From Bacteroidales bacterium (GTDB lineage Bacteria; Bacteroidota; Bacteroidia; Bacteroidales; UBA3824): a DNA stretch of 59,739 nt. Under the pieces are notes generated by a model. The model worked only from the letters and a program-made list of their open reading frames with translations. It searched no databases and had not been told where the DNA came from. The position numbers and the translations under genes were made by a program. The stretch covers positions 1 through 59,739 of the forward strand of contig JAFPYT010000347.1 of NCBI GenBank assembly GCA_017394445.1, read 5' to 3'. Below, one piece after another: positions 36,078-45,745 of this stretch (position 1 is its first letter; each line of letters opens with the position of its first letter).

Positions 36078-36713
36078 TTATTTAAGGTTTAAGATTTGTG
36101 TTTGTTGTAATTTGCTTTTGTTGATTCGGTCGCGATATTTTAGCGGAACTTCCTTTTTTGTCATCACACGTTTTGAACTGAAATGCAAATCCACTTCATC
36201 CATTGCTGCATGTGCACGCTTGTTAACATCATCGGGTAGATAGTTGGAATCGCTTATAACCGTTCCGTCATCAAGTATTGTGAACTTTATTTGTCCTACA
36301 GGTTCTGTTTCGTTCTTGTCTTTACTGCGACCTTCCATATAGAACGATACTTTCTCAGTGGCAGTTTCAACGAATTTGTCGTTGCTTTTGTAGGTAAATC
36401 CTTTTGCCTTGAACTGATTGATAATCATATTCTTGGAGTATTCTACATTGAGTTTATTGTATACCGTTTGAAGTTGATTTACATATTCACGGGCATTTCC
36501 CAAATAATATGTGTTGTATGTAACGTCAGTGCCTTTTACACGTAGGGCATACTCGCCGTACAACTTTTGGCTGACACCGATTCCCGTTACCAACAGTTCG
36601 TCTGAGCCGCGTGTTATATATTTCCAACCGAGTTGGTCACACGCCTGAACCAAACATTCGCGATTCATCACGGCATTGTTGCGTACGAATTTAGATGTTT
36701 CAAATCTTGACAT
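36078..36713 (-). CDS. Hypothetical 211-aa protein (N-terminus reminiscent of DUF1257/Ycf35)
   Basis: It is separated from each neighbouring gene by 2 nt. The N-terminus MSRFETSKFVRNNAVMNRECLVQACDQLGW resembles the DUF1257 N-terminal pattern as I recall it. This is unverified. Confidence 0.55.
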   Translation of the reverse strand: MSRFETSKFVRNNAVMNRECLVQACDQLGWKYITRGSDELLVTGIGVSQKLYGEYALRVKGTDVTYNTYYLGNAREYVNQLQTVYNKLNVEYSKNMIINQFKAKGFTYKSNDKFVETATEKVSFYMEGRSKDKNETEPVGQIKFTILDDGTVISDSNYLPDDVNKRAHAAMDEVDLHFSSKRVMTKKEVPLKYRDRINKSKLQQTQILNLK

Positions 36714-36715
36714 AG

Positions 36716-38779
36716 TTACTTTCTCCTTTTTTTATTATATTTTGATTTGTTTTTATTTTGATTTGCAAATACTTTAAGTAATTGAACCTGTTCTTCTGTG
36801 TTGATAAATGATTCGGTTTTGCTGATGATAGGATATTGTTCGCGAATAATGTCCAATCGTTTTTGGAAATCATTTTTTCTATCTGAGGGTATTGTTTGAT
36901 TTTGCACTTTATTTATCTCGGCAGATAATGCCGCTAGTTCTCTTGTGTAGATGTTTTGTTTCACTCGGATAAGTTTATTATCTTTTATTTCCTCAAATTC
37001 AGCATACTTTTTTTCAAAAGTTTCATATCCTTTATCTTTGAATGTTTGAAGTTTACCATTGCTTAATTGTTCTATTTTTTGAAGAATATCCTTGTTCATT
37101 ATCGAATTCGGCTGACATAGTTCGTTTATTTCTTCAACTGCCTTACTCAAGTATTTTTCGCCGAATTGTAGGAAAAGATTTTTGTATTCTTCATCGTTTT
37201 CGCTATTCCAATCTAATCGAGTCATTTCTTCCTGACGAAAGTTCTGCGTACCTTGTTTTACAAAGAACGATAAAATATTGTAACTTCCTGTATAATATAG
37301 GTTTTTGTCTTTTGATTTCAACCAAACCCGTTTATAATGGAACGATGGCAGTTGGTGTATATAGAAGTTTTGATACTTTTTATCCAATTCATGCAGTTTT
37401 TCCAACGCTTCTTCGTCAGCCATATTATCAATGCTATTTTCTGGCATAGAATAGGCAATGAAAATACGTCCGCCCTTGCGAAGGTAATTTTCAAAGAATG
37501 GAATTCTTCGTTGGGTTGCATATTTTTTTATCCACGGACTTATAATCCACAGTTCGTCAGCGGTTGTGTCGAACAGCCGTTTGAGTTCAATTTCAAATTC
37601 CAATGAATTGAAATGACGTTTTTGTTGCGCTACTTCGTTTTTTATAGTGGTTATTTTTTGTATATCGTTGTTTTCTACTGCGACATCTATTTCTTTTTGT
37701 TTTTGGATTAGTTCTTTTTCTGAAATAGATTGACTTTCTTGTTTAGGCTCTGTGGTGTTTCCTATTTCAAAATCATCTTCTTCGGATTCTCTGATAAGTT
37801 TTTCAAGAAGTTCAGTTTTCTTATCATCCAACAAATCTAAGGATTCTGAGAGTATGTCAATAATAGCATCCTTTTTTTCATCATAAACAAGTGTTCGGAC
37901 AACATTATCTCTAAAATTTTCTAACAAAACAACCCAAAGTTTGGCAGAGAAACATTCGGATTTGATGAAATCGCACGATTGAAGAATAAAATTTTTTGTC
38001 GGAAAATGAATTTCAGGTGCTTGAATTTCTGCCAATGACTTAACATCGTCAATATCTTCTGGAATTATATTTTGTGGGAAATAAGGCTGTTTTTCACTTT
38101 TGAGATTGCTAAATATCTCTTTGGTATCACTTTTTAAATTGCTTGTAGAGTCAATATACAATTCAAAATCACGTTCAAAAGTTGAAAATTTAACTCCATT
38201 TTTAGCGTATTCTTTTCCTGTGTCTGTCAGCCAATAAAGGCTTTCATCACCATCTATCATTTCATCTTTTTTCAAGTTGTTGATGACAGATAAAAGAATA
38301 TTTTTTTCTGCTGGATCGGTTGTAATATCGAAACCTAAAATTTTGCCAATTTGTTGTGCTGAACTTTCGCCTTTGAGTAATATAGCACAAATGGCTTCGT
38401 CAAAATGATTAAAATCAACAGGTTGCGAGCATACTCCTTTGTATTTAGCCACGATGTACTTCCAATCGAAATCTGTAAAACCTATAATTCGTTCTATAAG
38501 TTTTTTTTCTTTGCTTGCAGCATCTATTATCTTTAATTCTAATGGTATAGACACTTCGTCTGTTGTGACAGGAGAAGATGTTTGATCTACTAATAGTTCC
38601 TTTCCTTTTGACGCAGACAAAAATCCTTTAATGTTGGAATACACGAAGTCAATTATATCAGCATTGAGAGTTTCATTTGGATCTTCTTCACACTGATGGC
38701 CGTTTTTGTTGAGGAAATCGGTAATAACAGATATGCCAATATTCAGGTCGCGTGATATTTTTGATAGTTTTTTGCTCAT
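36716..38779 (-). CDS. PLD-like (HKD-superfamily variant) putative nuclease with an N-terminal HTH-like motif and a coiled-coil tail
   Basis: 687 aa. The N-terminus MSKKLSKISRDLNIGISVITDFLNKNG is IF2-N-like/HTH-like. The PLD-type blocks are ELWIISPWI and LPSFHYKRVWLKSKDKNLYYTGSYNILS. The H-x-K lies at about nt 37332-37340, with K where the D usually sits and GSxN present. The C-terminus is K/E-rich. Confidence 0.6.
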   Translation of the reverse strand: MSKKLSKISRDLNIGISVITDFLNKNGHQCEEDPNETLNADIIDFVYSNIKGFLSASKGKELLVDQTSSPVTTDEVSIPLELKIIDAASKEKKLIERIIGFTDFDWKYIVAKYKGVCSQPVDFNHFDEAICAILLKGESSAQQIGKILGFDITTDPAEKNILLSVINNLKKDEMIDGDESLYWLTDTGKEYAKNGVKFSTFERDFELYIDSTSNLKSDTKEIFSNLKSEKQPYFPQNIIPEDIDDVKSLAEIQAPEIHFPTKNFILQSCDFIKSECFSAKLWVVLLENFRDNVVRTLVYDEKKDAIIDILSESLDLLDDKKTELLEKLIRESEEDDFEIGNTTEPKQESQSISEKELIQKQKEIDVAVENNDIQKITTIKNEVAQQKRHFNSLEFEIELKRLFDTTADELWIISPWIKKYATQRRIPFFENYLRKGGRIFIAYSMPENSIDNMADEEALEKLHELDKKYQNFYIHQLPSFHYKRVWLKSKDKNLYYTGSYNILSFFVKQGTQNFRQEEMTRLDWNSENDEEYKNLFLQFGEKYLSKAVEEINELCQPNSIMNKDILQKIEQLSNGKLQTFKDKGYETFEKKYAEFEEIKDNKLIRVKQNIYTRELAALSAEINKVQNQTIPSDRKNDFQKRLDIIREQYPIISKTESFINTEEQVQLLKVFANQNKNKSKYNKKRRK

Positions 38780-38785
38780 AGGTGT

Positions 38786-41700
38786 TTACAGGTTTTTCAG
38801 TTGTTTGACATCTATTCTGTGCATTTGGGAAATAGCCTCGGCATATTCGGGTTTGTTGGCGAAATGTTTTTCATTTCCTACAACTATGAGTAATCTCTTG
38901 GCTCTCGAAAAACCAACGTTGACACGTTGCAATTCTTTTGCAAACCCCAAAGCATAAGGATAATGCGTGTTTTTTTGCTGTTTCCCATTTTCGTCAATCT
39001 GAATATTGCTCCTTACTGTTGATACAATGATGATATTTCGTTCCATACCTTGGAATCGGTCAACAGTGTTAATTCTAAATGGAATCTGAAACTCATTATT
39101 GTACTTGTGCAGTTCAAAATTTTTCCACTGTTCTTTTGAAAAGCCTAGATACAACTGTTTACGAATTTCGTTCATCTGAGGCATGTAGTATGTTATCACT
39201 CCAATTTCCTTATCTTCATCTTTCTTAAAATAATCTATATACTCTTTAAAACCTTTTGCTCCCGTTAAGGCTTTAAGAACTGATTTAATAGCATCAATTT
39301 CGCCTTGATTTTCGTAAGAGGTTCCTACCTTTTTTTCTGGTGTTTCCACGTTAACCCAAATTGCATGGACTTTGGGTTCAATAAACGGCTGCATTGTTAA
39401 CCCATGCCAACGGCTTGCCTTGTCGGAAATGTCGGGAATATCCATGTGTTGCTTGATTCCGCAAATCAATCCGTTTTCCAATTCTTCTTGATCTTTGTAA
39501 AATTGCGAAATGCAATTCATAATTTGTTCGTGCATTCGGAATTGAGTGTCCAAACTAGCAACAATTTCTTTTGGCGCATTGACAAATAGTTTTTCAAATT
39601 GTGATGTCTTATAATCTTGGTTAGTCCAATTTTCTATCAAGTCTTTTGCTCCTATTGCTTCCAATGCTTCGCCAAACTCTTTTTCATCAAGCATTGGCGG
39701 CAACTGTTTGTGGTCGCCAATTATGATTACTTTTTTGCCTAATGTAAGTGGCAAAACAAGTTCGGGTGGAGTTGCTTTGCTCGCCTCGTCCATAATAACA
39801 ACATCAAAGACAGGGTCGCCTTGGGTTTCCTGATTTTTTTGAAACATTGATTGGTACGCATTGGCAAAGTTCCCGCTTCCACACTCGCTACAAGTTGCAG
39901 CGAAAACATTCACGTGTTTGAAATATTCTTCAGAAAAAATGGATTTAACGTACGATTGGTTGGCTAATCCTTTTTTCCATTTTCTTACTATTTCAGAATA
40001 TTCGCTATCTTCACAACATCTGTTGCCAATGCTATTTATCCAATCACAAATAGCATTGTTTTTGAAGTTGTCTTCTTCCTTTGAATTTTTGGCTTTAAGC
40101 CATTGTTGCATACGCTCGTTTGAATACATTTTGCCCTCGTCTTCAAACTTTTCGATGTTGCCAATACGTATGGAACGTACCATTTTCTTGCCTCGCAGAC
40201 GTTCTAAAGCGTTGTCAACGGCAAGGTTTGTCTGAGAGGTTATTAGTATTTTAGATTCGGGGTTTTGTAACAATGTCTGCCATATAATTTCAGCGATTAC
40301 TGTGGTCTTGCCTGTTCCCGGAGGACCTTGAATCAGTGCCATATCTGTTGCGATTAACGCTTTTGCAACTGCTTCCAATTGTTTTGGCTGATTTTTTAGT
40401 AAAGGCTCGTTCAGATTGGACAGAATGCGTTGTTTAGTTTCTTCCAAATCTTCTGTAGATGGTCGAGCATAATTTGGGTCGAATAAAAAATTTGGAAGGT
40501 TTTTGTTTGCTGGATAGCCTATTATACCAATACCTTTCCTAAATTCTCCCGGTGTGGTCACTTTTGCCATAGCCTTTATCATTCTGCCAATGTTGGTTAG
40601 TTCTCCTGGAAATATTGGCTTAATAAAGCCATTTTTGAGTTTTTGCACATTTTCATGAGATTGAATAATAAAATCTTCAAAATCTTCTTTGATTCTGAAT
40701 TTCAGTCTGTTGCGTTCTTTATAAACCAACGTTCCGATTTGTATTCCCTCTCTAAAGACAGCATCATCTCCATATCCTTCGATTTTCTTTTGTAATGTTT
40801 CGTTCTGATCTTTGGTCAAAAAAACAAACGATGCCATACGGACATTTTTGTAGATTTCTTTTTCTCGTTCCCCTTCCAAAGATTTGTTTTTTTCAAAGTG
40901 GTAAGTTGTATGTCCTAATTCGTTTTCAAATGAACAAGATAGGATATAATCGTATTTTGAACATTCGTATTTAAATATTTTTTTGAAGTTTTCACGTTCA
41001 TCTTCAGAGTTGAATTTGTACGAAAACGAAATTCTTGTATATTTTTTAAAAGGGTCGTAATCAACCTTCAGGTTATGTTTGCGAATAGCGTTTTGAAAGT
41101 TAGTAATAATGGATTTCCTGAATTGTTCATAATCTGAGTTGAGACAAACAAAAAAAGACGGTTTGTATGGCTTGTATTCCAATTCGATACTTGGTACTAC
41201 CGCAGTTATACGTTGAAGTTCCTTTTTGTAATCATCGTCAGAATTTGCAGTAATGGTTATCGCAGATTTCCTAATATCTACGATTGATTTGTCTTGTAAG
41301 TCGGTTAGTGTTTTGACATCCCTCAACAACTGTTTTTGCTTTTCTGATTGTAGCGGAAAGGCAAAAATGTATCTTGTTGGCAATTGACGTATTCTCCAAT
41401 CTTCATTTTTATCTTGAATCTCAGTAAGTTTTGTCTTGAAATCAACTCGTTGTTTTGTTTGGTATTCACCATCAACTATTTCGAGTCCATCAACTTCTAC
41501 AAAAGAATTGCTGTTATCTTTATTACCAAAACGATAAATCGTATTTTGGAGTTGAAGTCCAAAATCTGAAAACAAATCATTTTTCACCGGAGCCGCTACT
41601 TCAATGACCAATTGTGATGAATCATTCGAAATATAGGGGTGTGCTTTGGTCAGCCCATTATCTACTAAAACCTTTTTTATCTCGCTAACAGAAGGTAGCG

Positions 41701-42826
41701 TATTAATTTCAGTTTTTATATTGATTTTCAATACAATATCATTACGTCTTTCCACAGAGGCAATCTCCGCAAAATTATCATCTATACACCTTTTTATATG
41801 TGGATAATCATTTTCCGTAATATCAATCTCTCCAAAAGATGAAATTACCAACTCATCATATCCGTAATCGTCTGATAATTTTTGTTGTATTTGGTTGTAT
41901 ATATCCTCTTTGGAATTGTCGTCGGTATATTTGAATGTTAACTCTCCTATTATTTCATTGGTTGGTGTATTTGTGGATTTTTCAAAAAAATATTCCGATG
42001 CCATTGCTTCAAGTTGCGAGATTTCGTCTGGACTCAAAACCCTGTACGTATCAAATTCAATAAAAGCCGAATCCTTATTAACGGCATAGTCAGACAAATC
42101 GTTTTCTGAAAATAAATCTTCTATATTTTCCTCGAACTTCTTGTTCAAATCATCTTCGTTGATTTCGATGTCAACGTATGATGAGTTATCTCTGCTACCG
42201 TTTTTGTCGGTGTATGGATTAGTTATGGTTTTGATTTTCCAAACAATCTCCTTTTGTTTTACAAGTTTTTTGAGCGCATTTACATAGTTGTCCCAAATTT
42301 TTCTATCTTTTTCCTTGTTAAGGTCAATAGTAGGGATGTGGAGAGCATCAACTTTTTGATAAAAATCAGTGAATTGTCGACCTTTGCCTCTATTATCTTT
42401 TGAATATAATGAAAAAGCACATTCTCTTGACTCTACATCTTTGTTAGGAGCAACAATAAAAACATTTTCTTTCCCTTTTTTGACAAAATATGAATATAAC
42501 TTATCAAATTGATTGATAGGTTCTTCGTTGATTGAACATTGAAATTCAATAGCCTTATCTTCCTCGATAGGAATAAGTATTTTATGAACAGAATTATTAT
42601 GTTTAATTCCATAATTATCTGTTCGTTCATATGTTTTAATTTTCTGAAAATAACACGTCCGAGATTCTGTGAGCAACCTTTTCATCTCGCTAAACCGCAA
42701 TGTGTTATTTTCGTTACGTTCCCAAGTACCTTCAAAGTCATCCTTGAATTTTAATACGATTTCTATTGGCGAATCATCTGTTTCGCTGAAATCTATTGGC
42801 TGATATTGTCTTTCAAATTCTGACAT
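38786..42826 (-). CDS. Giant protein: unknown N-terminal region of about 790 aa fused to a UPF1/DNA2-like SF1B helicase
   Basis: 1346 aa. The helicase motifs are I LIQGPPGTGKTT (about nt 40311-40336), Ia ILITSQTNLAVDN, II VVIMDEASKA, III VIIIGDHKQLPP, IV LDTQFRMH, V TVDRFQGMERNIIIVSTVRS and VI VNVGFSRAKRLLIVVG. Confidence 0.85.
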   Translation of the reverse strand: MSEFERQYQPIDFSETDDSPIEIVLKFKDDFEGTWERNENNTLRFSEMKRLLTESRTCYFQKIKTYERTDNYGIKHNNSVHKILIPIEEDKAIEFQCSINEEPINQFDKLYSYFVKKGKENVFIVAPNKDVESRECAFSLYSKDNRGKGRQFTDFYQKVDALHIPTIDLNKEKDRKIWDNYVNALKKLVKQKEIVWKIKTITNPYTDKNGSRDNSSYVDIEINEDDLNKKFEENIEDLFSENDLSDYAVNKDSAFIEFDTYRVLSPDEISQLEAMASEYFFEKSTNTPTNEIIGELTFKYTDDNSKEDIYNQIQQKLSDDYGYDELVISSFGEIDITENDYPHIKRCIDDNFAEIASVERRNDIVLKINIKTEINTLPSVSEIKKVLVDNGLTKAHPYISNDSSQLVIEVAAPVKNDLFSDFGLQLQNTIYRFGNKDNSNSFVEVDGLEIVDGEYQTKQRVDFKTKLTEIQDKNEDWRIRQLPTRYIFAFPLQSEKQKQLLRDVKTLTDLQDKSIVDIRKSAITITANSDDDYKKELQRITAVVPSIELEYKPYKPSFFVCLNSDYEQFRKSIITNFQNAIRKHNLKVDYDPFKKYTRISFSYKFNSEDERENFKKIFKYECSKYDYILSCSFENELGHTTYHFEKNKSLEGEREKEIYKNVRMASFVFLTKDQNETLQKKIEGYGDDAVFREGIQIGTLVYKERNRLKFRIKEDFEDFIIQSHENVQKLKNGFIKPIFPGELTNIGRMIKAMAKVTTPGEFRKGIGIIGYPANKNLPNFLFDPNYARPSTEDLEETKQRILSNLNEPLLKNQPKQLEAVAKALIATDMALIQGPPGTGKTTVIAEIIWQTLLQNPESKILITSQTNLAVDNALERLRGKKMVRSIRIGNIEKFEDEGKMYSNERMQQWLKAKNSKEEDNFKNNAICDWINSIGNRCCEDSEYSEIVRKWKKGLANQSYVKSIFSEEYFKHVNVFAATCSECGSGNFANAYQSMFQKNQETQGDPVFDVVIMDEASKATPPELVLPLTLGKKVIIIGDHKQLPPMLDEKEFGEALEAIGAKDLIENWTNQDYKTSQFEKLFVNAPKEIVASLDTQFRMHEQIMNCISQFYKDQEELENGLICGIKQHMDIPDISDKASRWHGLTMQPFIEPKVHAIWVNVETPEKKVGTSYENQGEIDAIKSVLKALTGAKGFKEYIDYFKKDEDKEIGVITYYMPQMNEIRKQLYLGFSKEQWKNFELHKYNNEFQIPFRINTVDRFQGMERNIIIVSTVRSNIQIDENGKQQKNTHYPYALGFAKELQRVNVGFSRAKRLLIVVGNEKHFANKPEYAEAISQMHRIDVKQLKNL

Positions 42827-42853
42827 TCTTAGTTCGAATTAATAATTATATCA

Positions 42854-42861
42854 GCAAATAT
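42854..42861 (-). promoter_or_regulatory. -7 promoter box TATATTTG for the helicase operon
   Basis: The reverse complement of CAAATATA matches TAnnTTTG. It lies 28 nt upstream of the ATG at 42826 and directly downstream of the terminator of the preceding gene. Confidence 0.5.
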
Positions 42862-42862
42862 A

Positions 42863-42904
42863 ATAAAAAAAATCAACCGTGCGAAAAAAAATCACACGGT
42901 TGAT
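42863..42904 (-). terminator. Intrinsic terminator of the C1-peptidase gene
   Basis: Perfect 11-bp stem AATCAACCGTG 42870-42880 / CACGGTTGATT 42894-42904. On the minus strand it is followed by TTTTTTTT (plus-strand A-run 42863-42870). Confidence 0.8.
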
Positions 42905-42927
42905 TAGTATTTTTATTTAAAATTCAA

Positions 42928-44442
42928 TTACGCTTCGTCGTCGTCTTCGCCGTCGTCGAAGTCTTCGTCGTAATAGTAGTCGTCTTCGTCGTCGTAATCA
43001 TCGTAGTCTTCGTAGTCTTCTTCGTCGAGGTAGTCTGAATAGTACGATTCGATGAGGTCGTCGTTGAGCCATTCGCCTACAAGACCAAGAATTACTTCGC
43101 GTTCTTCGTCGGAAGCCTCGCCGTCGGCTTCGCAGATTTCGAGCAAGTCGGCTGCTATTGTGGCGCGGGCACCATCCGAAAGGTATTTCGAGAGGATTTC
43201 TACGGTTTCTTCAAGGAAGTTTTCTTTGTTTACCCAAAGATTTTGACAGTGTTTCAACACCTTTTTGGGCGAATAATCGAGACCAAACATTACGAGAAGT
43301 TTTTTGAGTTTCTCTATTGCCAAAGCGTTTTCTTCGGCGGTAATTTCAGTCTCTTCGTCGCACCAGCAAGCAAAATTGTAGAATGCTCCAAGACGGAAAA
43401 CAATGTCGTATTCGCCAAGTTCGTCGCACATTGCATCCCATTGTTCGTCCGACATTTCGGTAAACTCGTTTTCCATATCCACAAACATCGATTCTTCGCT
43501 GTCGTTCCAAGCCTCTTCCTCTAATTTGTCAGAGTCGATTTCGCCGTCCATACTGTAAATCACCCAAGAGTCGCCGTCGTTGTAGTTGCGGTTCATCATA
43601 TAGTCGTAGGGGATGTAGCAGTATCCTTTGTCGCCCCATTGGTGCCCCCACGAGTTGCGCACGATAAACACGCGGTCGGGGTCGGAATATCCCACGCAGC
43701 ACATAGCGTGTCCGCCTTCGGGTTGGTCGTTGGAGCGGGGCATTGATATAAAGCCGTTGCGGGGATTCATAAACGAACTGTAAATCTGCACGCCAAAAAT
43801 AATGGGATAACCCTCGGCAAGAACGCTTTTCCAAGTGTTGAGGTCTAAGTCGATACGCTCAAACTTACTGATAGAGTTGTTTTTAGCCTCAGAATAGCAG
43901 TTTTCGGGCGGACGCTGTTTGAATTTTTGAACAGCGTAGGGCCACGATTTTTCGCTACAAACGCCATTGTCGTGGAGGGCTTGGATAACGTCGTAAATCA
44001 TTGCTCCATTGTCCATATTTACAGTGCCTTCGATAACGCGGGTGTTGTAATAGAGGAAAAGGCGGCTGAGGTCAAACTGGCTCTCCTTGTGCCACCATTT
44101 TAGATATTCGTAAGCACCGGCAGTGGCGTTGGCAGTGCACGAACCAAGTTGACCTTGGTCTTCAACAGGCGACATATACGGACGCAAGTCTACTTTTGAA
44201 GGCAGATTGTCGGCTTTGAGCGACGCGCTGTACTTGGGTGCGTCGGTGTTGGGAGCGGCAGCCTTGTAACCGCCCATTTTGATTATACTACCATCGGCAC
44301 GTTTGATAACGCCCGCTGACTGAGAGTTGTTTGACGGGGAGTTTTCTCCGCCTTGGTTGCTGTTACCTTCGCCGCCTCCAAAGCACGATGCAAGCGACAG
44401 GGATACGGCAGTAGCCGCAATGATGCTTAATAATTTTCTCAT
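42928..44442 (-). CDS. Papain-family (C1) cysteine peptidase lipoprotein with an extra C-terminal domain and a polyacidic D/E/Y tail
   Basis: 504 aa with a lipobox (LSLASC). The catalytic blocks are QGQLGSCTANATAGAYEY (Cys), GGHAMCCVGY (His) and VRNSWGHQWGDKGY (Asn). The tail is EEDYEDYDDYDDEDDYYYDEDFDDGEDDDEA. Confidence 0.8.
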   Translation of the reverse strand: MRKLLSIIAATAVSLSLASCFGGGEGNSNQGGENSPSNNSQSAGVIKRADGSIIKMGGYKAAAPNTDAPKYSASLKADNLPSKVDLRPYMSPVEDQGQLGSCTANATAGAYEYLKWWHKESQFDLSRLFLYYNTRVIEGTVNMDNGAMIYDVIQALHDNGVCSEKSWPYAVQKFKQRPPENCYSEAKNNSISKFERIDLDLNTWKSVLAEGYPIIFGVQIYSSFMNPRNGFISMPRSNDQPEGGHAMCCVGYSDPDRVFIVRNSWGHQWGDKGYCYIPYDYMMNRNYNDGDSWVIYSMDGEIDSDKLEEEAWNDSEESMFVDMENEFTEMSDEQWDAMCDELGEYDIVFRLGAFYNFACWCDEETEITAEENALAIEKLKKLLVMFGLDYSPKKVLKHCQNLWVNKENFLEETVEILSKYLSDGARATIAADLLEICEADGEASDEEREVILGLVGEWLNDDLIESYYSDYLDEEDYEDYDDYDDEDDYYYDEDFDDGEDDDEA

Positions 44443-44616
44443 AAATATGTGTTTTAATATGTTTTGTCTAATAGATGATTTGTTTGCTATTATTCCACAA
44501 AAATACAGAAATTTTTTTACACCTTTTATTATATATGCGAAAGGATGGCTAATTATTTTTTAACAAAAGTTAAGATAAAATTAGTATTTGGGCGGTTAAC
44601 CGAATAATTTATTTTG

Positions 44617-44624
44617 TAAATTTG
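44617..44624 (+). promoter_or_regulatory. -7 promoter box TAAATTTG upstream of gap
   Basis: Matches TAnnTTTG and lies 50 nt upstream of the ATG at 44674. Confidence 0.45.
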
Positions 44625-44658
44625 CGGTGTTAAAAACACGAAATTTTTAATTAATTAA

Positions 44659-45672
<1,014 letters not shown>

Positions 45673-45701
45673 TTAGGTTAGAACCTTATTAACATATTTC
45701 G

Positions 45702-45733
45702 GCCTGAACGGTTTTCCGCTCAGGCTTTTTTTT
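45702..45733 (+). terminator. Intrinsic terminator after gap
   Basis: Stem 45702-45711 / 45716-45725 with one mismatch and a TTTT loop, followed by T-run 45726-45733. Confidence 0.75.
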
Positions 45734-45745
45734 AAATTTGATTAT

